A stretch of DNA of 64,000 nucleotides from positions 62,001 through 126,000 of IMG/VR virus record IMGVR_UViG_3300044972_002389, one strand, 5' to 3'. This document shows, piece by piece, positions 1 through 8,561 of this stretch (positions are counted from its first letter, which is position 1; every line of letters begins with the position of its first letter). The notes beneath the pieces were generated by a model, which was not told the DNA's origin, did not search any database, and worked only from the letters and a program-made list of their open reading frames with translations. The position numbers were made by a program, and so were the translations under genes.

Positions 1-29
1 AAAAGCGACATGACTAGGTTTCAACTCAC

Positions 30-371
30 ATGGCTATAAACGAGATTCGCTGGCAAGACATCTTTGTGGAGAAGGTGCATGAGTTTGAAAAAGTGCTGCC
101 CATCTACAGGTGGTGCCTAGAAAGCTGGGGCAAAGAAGTGCCCGCCAATGCCTACACGTGGTTCAGGGTAGTGTTCTCAGCTGGTGAGCCCGGTGGTTGG
201 ACCAACAGTTGGCGAGACAGTGGCTTCAGCTTGATACACATGAACAGCAAGGTAATTGAAGACATCAAAGAGGACGCGGGAAGCTATCCGGACCTACTGA
301 AACGCTTCCCACTCTATGTTCTATTTTATAGCCAAGAGGCAGTAACTGAGTTTCGGTTGACCTGGCAATAA
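30..371 (+). CDS. Small hypothetical protein, probably of the 'F..E.D...F.L.W' C-terminal-motif family
   Basis: 113-aa ORF ending LFYSQEAVTEFRLTWQ, like the ends of ORFs at 59414-60359 and 63439-63639. Confidence 0.55.
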   Translation: MAINEIRWQDIFVEKVHEFEKVLPIYRWCLESWGKEVPANAYTWFRVVFSAGEPGGWTNSWRDSGFSLIHMNSKVIEDIKEDAGSYPDLLKRFPLYVLFYSQEAVTEFRLTWQ

Positions 372-374
372 GTT

Positions 375-1451
375 TTGACGCAACAGCAAACTATGTTAAA
401 AAAGTGTGTAACACAGGAGACTCTGGTGACTGACAAGCGAATTGGTTTTTGCTGTAAATTTGTATCTGAAACAGAGTTCAAAGACAAGAAGAGCGCAGCA
501 GAGTGGCACAGCCTCTACAACACAAAAGGCACAACTGTAACCTCACTGGAAAAGCTCACACGTACACAAGCCATTGACAAGCTGTGTGGCATTGTGCGCT
601 ACAACACTGAGGTACTTATGAGGCAGTTTCAGCTTGTAGGCAGTTGGCCACAAGAACTCCGAATGATGCGAATTGGCAGTGAGATTCTCCCTGCTCGCAC
701 ACACGCCAATTGGAGCTCTGCCTATCAAGAATCTGTGATGATTGAAGCACTGCGCGGATTTGGGGAGGTAGGCAAACTAGCACGTGACTTCGACATTCGA
801 CTCAGCACGCATCCTGGACAGTTCACTATGCTTGTGAGTCATGAGCCCGAGGTGGTGGAGCGTGCTATTGAAGACCTCGAGTACCACTCGGAGATTTTCC
901 GGCTCATGGGCTTTGATGGAAGTGATCAGCGACAGGAGATCAACATCCATGGTGGTGCCCGTCGAGACGATTTCCTTGATTACTTTCAACACAGCTTTGC
1001 TCGGCTGAGCAGTGACACAAAGCAATGGCTGAGTGTGGAGAATGATGAGTACAGTTACGGTCTCGATCATCTCTTGCCCTTGAAAGACAAGGTGAAGATC
1101 TGTCTCGACATCAACCACTACTGGATTCATCAAGGAACGTATCTCAGTCCAGATGACCCAAGGCTGACCCAGGTGATTGAAAGTTGGCGTGGTGCACGTC
1201 CAGAAATTCATGTGGCTTGGCCGCACGAAGATGTACTTCCCTCCCACAGCAACACAACCAGGCCAGACATTGCGTTGCTCGAGTCAAGTGGTATCAAACG
1301 AAGCAAGCTGCGTGCCCACAGCAAGCGACCTTGGAACAAGGCGTTGAACAGCTACTGTCTTGAGTTTTGGGATAGGATGGATCTCATGTGCGAAGCCAAG
1401 GAAAAGAATTTAGCTGCTAGAGAATTATATGACTATTCTCAAACACTATAA
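375..1451 (+). CDS. uvsE: UV-damage endonuclease (UvsE/UvdE family)
   Basis: Motifs RIGFCCK, MMRIGSEILP, RLSTHPGQFTML, INIHGG, LSVENDE, LDINHYW, HVAW, LRAHS and DLMCEAKEKNLA fit the UVDE TIM barrel; TTG start. Confidence 0.9.
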   Translation: MTQQQTMLKKCVTQETLVTDKRIGFCCKFVSETEFKDKKSAAEWHSLYNTKGTTVTSLEKLTRTQAIDKLCGIVRYNTEVLMRQFQLVGSWPQELRMMRIGSEILPARTHANWSSAYQESVMIEALRGFGEVGKLARDFDIRLSTHPGQFTMLVSHEPEVVERAIEDLEYHSEIFRLMGFDGSDQRQEINIHGGARRDDFLDYFQHSFARLSSDTKQWLSVENDEYSYGLDHLLPLKDKVKICLDINHYWIHQGTYLSPDDPRLTQVIESWRGARPEIHVAWPHEDVLPSHSNTTRPDIALLESSGIKRSKLRAHSKRPWNKALNSYCLEFWDRMDLMCEAKEKNLAARELYDYSQTL

Positions 1452-1454
1452 ATA
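1447..1454 (+). promoter_or_regulatory. T4-type late promoter TATAAATA
   Basis: Exact T4 late consensus upstream of aaggag SD and the ATG at 1495. Confidence 0.7.
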
Positions 1455-1494
1455 ACCACTTAAACCATCTTTTATACCAAGGAGCACATATGAG

Positions 1495-1875
1495 ATGAAA
1501 AACCTACCAAGCTGGGGCAAACATTTGGTCGTCGATGCAGCAGGGTGCAATGAAGCCATCAACGACAAAGAGACTGTAACCAAATGGGTTGACCAACTGG
1601 TTAACGATATTGATATGATTGCATTTGGTCGACCAGAGATTCATTGGTTCGCAGACCACGATGTTACTAAAGCTGGTATCAGTGCTGTGCAACTTATTAC
1701 TACATCGGCTATTGTATGTCATTTTGTACCTCACACTTGGACACTTCACCTAGACGTGTTTTCTTGTAAGGACTTTGATTCCAATATTGTGCTCAAGCTG
1801 TTGCAGGAATATTTTGGGGTGAAAGCTTGGAATATCAAGGAGTTTGAACGCGAAGCTCCTGACCTCAATAGCTGA
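1495..1875 (+). CDS. speD: Pyruvoyl-dependent S-adenosylmethionine decarboxylase-like proenzyme (SpeD/SpeH family)
   Basis: GKHLVVD..GC, GISAVQLITTS.I..H and LHLDVFSCKDF motifs; the autocleavage site reads TTSA instead of the usual ES(H/N). Confidence 0.8.
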   Translation: MKNLPSWGKHLVVDAAGCNEAINDKETVTKWVDQLVNDIDMIAFGRPEIHWFADHDVTKAGISAVQLITTSAIVCHFVPHTWTLHLDVFSCKDFDSNIVLKLLQEYFGVKAWNIKEFEREAPDLNS

Positions 1876-1897
1876 ATTATATTATAAGGAAAAAGTA

Positions 1898-2485
1898 ATG
1901 CTTATAGGTTATGCAAGGACTAGCACACATGAACAATCCGCAAGTCTAGAATCTCAAATTGCAGCATTGCAACAGGCTGGGTGTGAAAAAATCTTCGCAG
2001 AACAAACCAGTGCTGTTGGAAGTAGACCGCAGCTCACCGCAGCGATGTCATATATTCGTGAAAAAGATGTGTTTATGGTTACACGAGTAGACCGGTTGGC
2101 TCGAAGTACATCAGATCTTCTCAAAATTGTAGAAGATTTGGAAAAGCGAGAAATTGGCCTAATAGTGCAGAGCATGAACGGCATGGAATTAGACACACGA
2201 AATGCAATATCCAAGTTGATGCTGACTGTTTTAGGCGCAGTAGCAGAGTTTGAGCGTCAAATGATGCTTGAGCGGCAGCGAGAGGGCATCGCCAAGGCAA
2301 AGGCAGAGCGGCGCTACAAGGGCAGGGCGCCAACAGCACGCAGGCAGCTGGCTGAGATTCAGTCACTAAAATCCCAAGGGGTTGGTGCAAGTGAGATCGC
2401 AAGGCGGCTTAAGATCAATAGGTCAAGCGTTTATCGAGTGTTGGCACCAAACTCTGTTATCAGCCCACTGGTTCAAGGTAAGTAA
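1898..2485 (+). CDS. Serine recombinase (resolvase/invertase family) with C-terminal HTH
   Basis: N-terminal LIGYARTST (catalytic Ser), RPQL, VTRVDRLARS, AVAEFER..MLERQREGIAKAK..Y.GR and HTH SEIARRLKINRSSVYRVL; ATG 1898 follows aaggaa SD. Confidence 0.92.
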   Translation: MLIGYARTSTHEQSASLESQIAALQQAGCEKIFAEQTSAVGSRPQLTAAMSYIREKDVFMVTRVDRLARSTSDLLKIVEDLEKREIGLIVQSMNGMELDTRNAISKLMLTVLGAVAEFERQMMLERQREGIAKAKAERRYKGRAPTARRQLAEIQSLKSQGVGASEIARRLKINRSSVYRVLAPNSVISPLVQGK

Positions 2486-2504
2486 GTATAATGGCCACTG
2501 GTAC

Positions 2505-2768
2505 CTAATCTTCAACTATCAACAATTTCAAATCCCCTGAGCCCTTCAATAGTCTATGGAAGGTGTCTCGGGGGATTCTCACGACATCGCCGGGCTTGAG
2601 ATTGCAGGGCATGCAGTTGTCCATTTGAAGTTGCCAACCATTACCCTCAACCACTGTAATAAGTCTGTGACAGTGATCTCGATGCCACACTAGCTCATGA
2701 GAATCTACAGATTGAAAGAATGTTCTTTCCAAACCTTGAATTTGTTTCTTGTCACTGTAGGGATTCAT
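2505..2768 (-). CDS. Small cupin-fold protein
   Basis: WHRD...V.EG.GWQLQ and PGD...IP...FHRL.KG cupin-like motifs; ATG overlaps the upstream stop as TAATG at 2770-2766. Confidence 0.7.
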   Translation of the reverse strand: MNPYSDKKQIQGLERTFFQSVDSHELVWHRDHCHRLITVVEGNGWQLQMDNCMPCNLKPGDVVRIPRDTFHRLLKGSGDLKLLIVED

Positions 2769-3346
2769 TACCACCATTTGGCACTAATTGGACTCAATCC
2801 CAAGGATTTAGTATAGCGGGGAACTCTACACGCCCAGTATCCAGCCTTCATTTTGTCTGTTTTTTGTTCACAGTTGTGACGAGAAGCAAACGCTTTGCGT
2901 CGTTTGGGATCGCGGATTTTAACACTCAAACCTGACACATCACCAAAGGCAATTTTTTTGACCCTGCCTGTTTTGGGATTCTTGACGTAGACGTAATACT
3001 TTTTAGGACCGCCTCTCTTGGGCTTGTTAAGCTCAACAGCTTTTCCTTGATACTCAGCCTCATCAAGACTTTCTGGAGTTTCAAAAATACAATCCAACGG
3101 AACCATTCTGCCTTCATACACACCAAACGTGCCTAAATCACTCTCAATCATGTCCTGGTCAAGAGCGTGTTCCAAGAGTATATCTCCACAAGAAACACGA
3201 CGTCGCATCTCACAAAAAAACTCAAACCAAGCTGGGCTGTGAATACGGAATATGTTATCAACTAGCGGAACTTTGTTATCCTGGTGCCATTGAATGGCTT
3301 GATTTACACTTTCATTCAAAGGTTGCGTAAGGTCTTGAATTTTCAT
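2768..3346 (-). CDS. Two-module putative internal head protein (PLNES / SLDEA linkers; basic Cys-containing C-terminal module)
   Basis: Starts MKIQDL, has LNES and LDEA junctions like the proteins at 4833-12554, and follows a minus-strand TAAATA at 3377-3382. Confidence 0.7.
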   Translation of the reverse strand: MKIQDLTQPLNESVNQAIQWHQDNKVPLVDNIFRIHSPAWFEFFCEMRRRVSCGDILLEHALDQDMIESDLGTFGVYEGRMVPLDCIFETPESLDEAEYQGKAVELNKPKRGGPKKYYVYVKNPKTGRVKKIAFGDVSGLSVKIRDPKRRKAFASRHNCEQKTDKMKAGYWACRVPRYTKSLGLSPISAKWW

Positions 3347-3376
3347 TTGGTTTCCCAGATCTTGAAACGTTTGTGT

Positions 3377-3382
3377 TATTTA
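3377..3382 (-). promoter_or_regulatory. Late promoter core TAAATA (minus strand)
   Basis: tattta on the plus strand, upstream of the ATG at 3346. Confidence 0.55.
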
Positions 3383-4111
3383 GAAACCAAAATGCTCTTG
3401 TAAGATCTTGTCTATTTTGTGCAGTTGTTGAGTTACAGGCCCTAATAGGCAGTGAGTCCAGTGAGAAGGAACTATCGGAGGCAAGTAGCCGTCAATGTCC
3501 CGATTTAAATTTAACACGTTGATTACACTAGGACAATCCAACACTTTTGCGAAGTTATCAACAGGAACAACTGAGCCTGATGTTCCAATACACAGGAACA
3601 GGCTTTTGTCTGTAAGGCTGTCCAGTGTGTTGTAGAGATATTGGTATTTGGGTGCTGGTTCACCAAACAACACTACCGCAGGCTTGACATCAGTCAGGCT
3701 TTGGCAATTGGGACAACCTAGGGAGATGTTGTATCGAGTGTAGCCAATATTCCAAACATGGCCACAGTTTTCGCATTGCATTTCATCCAGCTGTCCGTGA
3801 ACATGCACAACAGGGATGCAACCAGCCTCCTCTAGCAAGAGGTCTGCATTTTGAGTTATCACTGTTGCACTGTATTTTCTCTGCCATTCTGCCACCTGTT
3901 TGTGGGCGGCGTTTGGCTGAAACTTCAGAAGCATTTCCCGTAAGTCGCTGTGAAATTCATTTACAATTTGAAAGTTTTGTCGCCAAGTGGCGTAATTACT
4001 GTAAACCAATGGATCATAACGGCTCCATAAACCTTCGCTATCTTCTCTAAATGTGGGGATGCCGCTTTCAGCACTCAAACCAGCGCCGCTAAAAATCAAT
4101 AATTGGGTCAT
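3380..4111 (-). CDS. Sir2/CobB-family NAD-dependent deacylase
   Basis: FSGAGLSAESGIPTFR, PNAAH, ITQNAD, HVHG, Zn ribbon CENC/CPNC, KPAVVLFGE, IGTSGSV; likely start MTQLLIF at 4111. Confidence 0.92.
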   Translation of the reverse strand: MTQLLIFSGAGLSAESGIPTFREDSEGLWSRYDPLVYSNYATWRQNFQIVNEFHSDLREMLLKFQPNAAHKQVAEWQRKYSATVITQNADLLLEEAGCIPVVHVHGQLDEMQCENCGHVWNIGYTRYNISLGCPNCQSLTDVKPAVVLFGEPAPKYQYLYNTLDSLTDKSLFLCIGTSGSVVPVDNFAKVLDCPSVINVLNLNRDIDGYLPPIVPSHWTHCLLGPVTQQLHKIDKILQEHFGF

Positions 4112-4197
4112 AATTTTGATTATGCAACAAATTTCTGGAGGGTTGCAATCCAATTCTCATGTTTACTGCCTTTGTATTGTGCTCACTGTCCAGACAA

Positions 4198-4203
4198 TAA
4201 ATA
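4198..4203 (+). promoter_or_regulatory. Late promoter core TAAATA
   Basis: Ends 4 nt before the ATG at 4208; heads the 4208-12554 plus-strand run. Confidence 0.6.
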
Positions 4204-4207
4204 TACT

Positions 4208-4846
4208 ATGCCATATTTGAATCATAATATCCCCGTTTTAACATGCCTAATACGTAACCAATACCTTTACAATCACACCAAAGGCCACGGCGAGTTCACT
4301 CCCTGTGATGTACACAGTGTCGCAAGTATGGAGAAACGCACGCCTTTATTTGAAGCATTTTTGGAAAATGGAGTGAACTGGACACGTCGACCCATAACTG
4401 CTTTTTGTTGGCGTAATGATGCACCAGTAAGACCACTTGCAGAACATGTTTATTGGGACTGTTTCAGTCATTATATTGATGTGCAGGTCCGGCAACGCAT
4501 GGCGGGGTTAAGGGCTACGTTGTTGGTTTACACTGGGGAACGTCGTCAAGGACAATACTGTATGACTTTAGACTGGGGTTGGGAAAACTCTGCTTTTACT
4601 GACACCAATTTCAGTGAAACGCCTGAACACAAATGCGCGCATTTGTTCAAAATGGATGAAGGAAACTATTATCTTTATCCCAACAATAGAATCATTTGGC
4701 ATGACAATGCTTGGGTGAAAAATCCTATAACCAGTAATCCTGGGTATCAAATAGACATGACAGTCTACAGTGTGGAGAACGCTGTGGACTTTTATACAGA
4801 TGACAGCTATATGACACATGTGGAGCCTGTAAATGAAGCTGGTTGA
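4208..4846 (+). CDS. Conserved phage hypothetical protein
   Basis: MPYLNHN...IRNQYLYNHTKGHGEF...PLFEAFLENGVNWTRRP resembles a family I recall from T4-like phages; function unknown. Confidence 0.75.
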   Translation: MPYLNHNIPVLTCLIRNQYLYNHTKGHGEFTPCDVHSVASMEKRTPLFEAFLENGVNWTRRPITAFCWRNDAPVRPLAEHVYWDCFSHYIDVQVRQRMAGLRATLLVYTGERRQGQYCMTLDWGWENSAFTDTNFSETPEHKCAHLFKMDEGNYYLYPNNRIIWHDNAWVKNPITSNPGYQIDMTVYSVENAVDFYTDDSYMTHVEPVNEAG

Positions 4847-7800
4847 TATTTTGGAAAACAAGGAGGACCAACAGAATCAAAAACCCAGTGTGTTCAGCCA
4901 GTGGGAAGACACTGACCCAAAGAATGACAAGCCGGAAGAGTCAAAAAATAATCCCAGTGAACTCTATCATAGCACTATACTAGACAATGCGCCTAATATC
5001 CTGCAATCAGGATATATAACAACCTCTATCTACAAAGATCCAGCCAAGGATATAGTGTTTGATTCTCGCTCTACAACACCCCATACATCACCAACTATAG
5101 CTGTTCTCACTTCTTGTGGGACACTGATGCAAACCTACAACGAACAAATTTCTCGCCAGCTAACGACGGCAAGCAGTCAACTGGGAACGCAAAGCAAAGC
5201 CTATCGAGCCTTGCGTGCCATCAGTCACGTTTTGGAATCACAGAAGCTTTTTGAAAACGATCCACAACTAGGTAACAACAGCATTTGGCTCTACACTGAA
5301 GGTTGCCAAAGTGCATTGCACATACTGCTCGACAACAAGACAGCAAAAATCACTTGGTTAGGTAGTTTGAATGGCACTGGTAGGCAACTTTTGGAGCAGG
5401 GGTTAGCACAAAGCCAGAAACAAGGTGCCTTACTCGCTGTTGTGAAACCCATCTGGAACAGCCACAAATTTTATGAGAAGATGGGATTTCAAGATCAAGG
5501 AACTGGTTATTGGAACTTACCTCTTGAGGAATCAGCTAATCAACTGGATCGCGCAGATCTAGAAGACTTATTGGGTGCAATCACATATGAGCAAGAAGAG
5601 ATTAACGACGCCAGCTATGATGCTGCGGGACCAAAGTATGAAAAACTTGACAAGGATTTCAAAGCCTTAGAGGCTGTTGCTTATGTGGTTAAAAATAACT
5701 TACGAGCACTTGACAATCCCAACTTGGGAAAAAATAGCATTTTCCTCTATAACTATACCCCAGATCTAGGCGTGTTCAGTGTAACTGCAATACATGTGGT
5801 GATTGAAAATCAAGTGGCGCATGTGAAATGGTTGGGCAGTTATGACAACAAACCTGGTGCTGGCAAAGCGTTGATGTTACAAGCCTTGACTATCGCAAAG
5901 AACAAAGGGGCCACCAAGAGCGTCGTAGAGGCCAAATGGGAAAGCGAAGGCTTTTATCACAAGCTGGGTTACGATGTGGAGAACAGAGGATCAAACAACC
6001 CATTTACAGGCACCAGTTTAGTCCAAATGGGAAAGAAGTTGGAAGAAGCTTGGACTGATGAAGACCAGCGTATGGTTCACAAAAATCCCACAATTCAAGA
6101 TTTGAAAAGGTTGGCACGCAACAACAAGTATCACAGTGCCAGATTTGTGATCTACAAAGATGGCAGTGTTGTGGCTGCGGATAGCGAACATTATACTCAC
6201 CACAGTGCTGCACCTGCCATGGGCGCTTGGGCTTTGAGAGGGTATGTGCAATACTTGGGTGGCAACGACTATGCCTATCGCAGCATGGAAGTCTACAGTC
6301 CCAAAAGTGTTGACCATCCTCTTTTCCGCAAGTGGGAATCTAGTGGTATAGAGAATGGCAATCCCTCTGTTGTTGAGGAAAAATGGACCAAAAAGTATAA
6401 GAAGAGTATCAACTGCTCTAATCCTCAAGGGTTCAGCCAACGTGCTCACTGTGCTGCTAGACGCAAACGACAAAAGGGCGGAAAGACAACTAGCAAGCCC
6501 TTGAATGAAAACAATAACGTAGAAATACACAACTATAAAAAGCTGGATCGCATCTTAGTTGCATTGTGTAACCTAGTTGACACCAGACGAAAGAAAAACC
6601 CTGACAAATACGGATGGGTAGCCGCAGGGTTGTTGGATCCCCGCAACCGTCTTGTAATAGGTTTCAGCACATTTGCCAATGACAAATGGTATCATGCTGA
6701 ACGATTGGCTATGAGGGCTTATCGTAAAAAATACGGAAGCATACCTGATGGCTGTATAATTGTAACCACATGCAGTCCATGCAGCGAGCAGATGCCAAGA
6801 TATGGTGAAAGTTGTACTGACCTAATCAACAAGAGTCCTGTCAAAAAAGTCTATTGCGGCTACTCTGATACAACTCAATCCCAAAGTCAACGCACTTTCA
6901 ATATTATGGTTACTGCTGATACAAACATACGAGAACGGTGCCAAAAATTTGCTGAAAACTTCATGGATTGGGAAGCGCAATATTTGGATGAAAGCTTGCG
7001 TGATTGGTTCAAACAAAAATGGGTGCGATTTGGGACAGATGGCAAGATCAGAGGCGACTGTGCTAGAGGCAGTGAAGGCGAAGGCAAGCCCAAATGCCTG
7101 CCACAGCGGAAGGCTTGGGCACTGGGCAAGAAAAAACGTGCAACTGCTGCTAGGCGCAAGCGTAGAGAAGATCCCAATCCTGAACGTGAAGGCAAGGCCC
7201 GGAACGTAGCCACAAAAGAAAGTGTTGGCTCTACAAAATTGGGAGATCTCTGCACTATCAAAACTAATTTTCCTGATGCTGACTTTTGGCTTGTGCGACG
7301 CAGTGATAGAACAAATGTGGGCACACCAGCCAAAGAATTCAGTCCCTATCATATTGGAATCAAAGTCACAGCTACTGAACAGCTGATGCCAGAATATCTC
7401 TACTATATGATGATGCATCTCCACAACCAAGGCTATTGGAACAGTCGAAGCATGGGCATGAGCAATCTTGTGCACATACGCACAGAAGATGTGAAAAACA
7501 TACAACTGGCTTTGACAGAGCATGAGCTGAAAGAAAACTCCAGTTGTCCACATTGCGGAGGCCAAATGGTTAACTACTCTATGCTCAGTGAAAAACAAGA
7601 TGCCTGCTACTACAAAGTCAAGAGTCGCTACAAAGTTTGGCCCAGTGCCTATGCCAGCGGTGCATTAGTGCAGTGCAGGAAAAAGGGTGCAAAAAACTGG
7701 GGCAAGAGCAAGACAAATGAAAGCATAAGCATTGATCAACAAGAGGAACATGGAGGTCTCGAAGCCTACATAACTGATACATCTACCCCACAATTGGTCA

Positions 7801-8561
7801 ATTATCTTGCAAGTGAAAATGCACCCGCCGACCTTGCAGAAAAATTGCAACGCAGATACAAAACAATAGCTGTGTTCAAAAACATATGGGTCGAGGAAGA
7901 TCATCAAGGGTCTGGAGTAGGTAGCTGGATTTTAGAGGCTGGTATTGGGGATGCAATAGACAACCAGGCTCATGCTGTCATTCTCACTGCTGTCTCAGAT
8001 GATCCCAAAAGACAATCACAACTTGAGAAATGGTATAAGTCTTATGACTTCAAAGAAATAGCTCGCAGTTCAACTGGGTATCCTGTGATGTTACTAGATT
8101 TAAACAAAGACCAGGTCTCAGAAGCTGCCCCGTGGCTCGGGCAGGGAGATGAGCCACTGCCCACTAAACTCTATCATGTCACAAGAACAAGAAACCGTTT
8201 GAGCATACGCCAGAGAGGACTTGTTCCCAAAACAAAGGAACATGATCATATATTGCGACAACCAGGTGTGTTTCTGTTTGAAACTTTTGAACAAGCTGAA
8301 GATTGGGCTTACTATTGGAGTCAAGATGAGGGCGAGAGTATGGATATATGGGAAATCAAGGTTCAAGATCCCAATGATCTAACTCCTGATCCAGCATTGG
8401 ATATTCAGCACGATTACGATGCATGGGTCATCTACAAGCCAATTCCTGCAGCCAATGTGAGGCTGAAATTTACGCAACGCTGGCCGGAACCTTGGGGAAA
8501 GCCTACTACAACGGTGAAAAAAATCCGCAACCTTGAAGAAGATCCTAATGAAACTGAATGA
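4833..8561 (+). CDS. 1242-aa modular protein: GNAT, GNAT, unknown, basic Cys module, Zn-deaminase, basic module, HsdS/TRD-like, Zn ribbon, basic module, GNAT, ART-like
   Basis: GNAT A/B motifs (GTGRQLL..FYEKMGF; GAGKALM..FYHKLGY; QGSGVGSWIL..WYKSYDF), HAE...SPC deaminase motif, LYHVT..GLVP ART-like motif; modules bounded by LEES, LEEA, VVEE, LNEN, LDES, TKES, LTEH, LSEK, TNES, VSEA. Confidence 0.85.
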   Translation: MKLVDILENKEDQQNQKPSVFSQWEDTDPKNDKPEESKNNPSELYHSTILDNAPNILQSGYITTSIYKDPAKDIVFDSRSTTPHTSPTIAVLTSCGTLMQTYNEQISRQLTTASSQLGTQSKAYRALRAISHVLESQKLFENDPQLGNNSIWLYTEGCQSALHILLDNKTAKITWLGSLNGTGRQLLEQGLAQSQKQGALLAVVKPIWNSHKFYEKMGFQDQGTGYWNLPLEESANQLDRADLEDLLGAITYEQEEINDASYDAAGPKYEKLDKDFKALEAVAYVVKNNLRALDNPNLGKNSIFLYNYTPDLGVFSVTAIHVVIENQVAHVKWLGSYDNKPGAGKALMLQALTIAKNKGATKSVVEAKWESEGFYHKLGYDVENRGSNNPFTGTSLVQMGKKLEEAWTDEDQRMVHKNPTIQDLKRLARNNKYHSARFVIYKDGSVVAADSEHYTHHSAAPAMGAWALRGYVQYLGGNDYAYRSMEVYSPKSVDHPLFRKWESSGIENGNPSVVEEKWTKKYKKSINCSNPQGFSQRAHCAARRKRQKGGKTTSKPLNENNNVEIHNYKKLDRILVALCNLVDTRRKKNPDKYGWVAAGLLDPRNRLVIGFSTFANDKWYHAERLAMRAYRKKYGSIPDGCIIVTTCSPCSEQMPRYGESCTDLINKSPVKKVYCGYSDTTQSQSQRTFNIMVTADTNIRERCQKFAENFMDWEAQYLDESLRDWFKQKWVRFGTDGKIRGDCARGSEGEGKPKCLPQRKAWALGKKKRATAARRKRREDPNPEREGKARNVATKESVGSTKLGDLCTIKTNFPDADFWLVRRSDRTNVGTPAKEFSPYHIGIKVTATEQLMPEYLYYMMMHLHNQGYWNSRSMGMSNLVHIRTEDVKNIQLALTEHELKENSSCPHCGGQMVNYSMLSEKQDACYYKVKSRYKVWPSAYASGALVQCRKKGAKNWGKSKTNESISIDQQEEHGGLEAYITDTSTPQLVNYLASENAPADLAEKLQRRYKTIAVFKNIWVEEDHQGSGVGSWILEAGIGDAIDNQAHAVILTAVSDDPKRQSQLEKWYKSYDFKEIARSSTGYPVMLLDLNKDQVSEAAPWLGQGDEPLPTKLYHVTRTRNRLSIRQRGLVPKTKEHDHILRQPGVFLFETFEQAEDWAYYWSQDEGESMDIWEIKVQDPNDLTPDPALDIQHDYDAWVIYKPIPAANVRLKFTQRWPEPWGKPTTTVKKIRNLEEDPNETE

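Noticed and set aside
1876-4200. Invertible segment (minus-strand block 2505-4111) controlled by the neighbouring recombinase
   Set aside because: No matching inverted crossover sites seen at 2486-2504 and 4112-4200 beyond a short TATAAT/ATTATA match.
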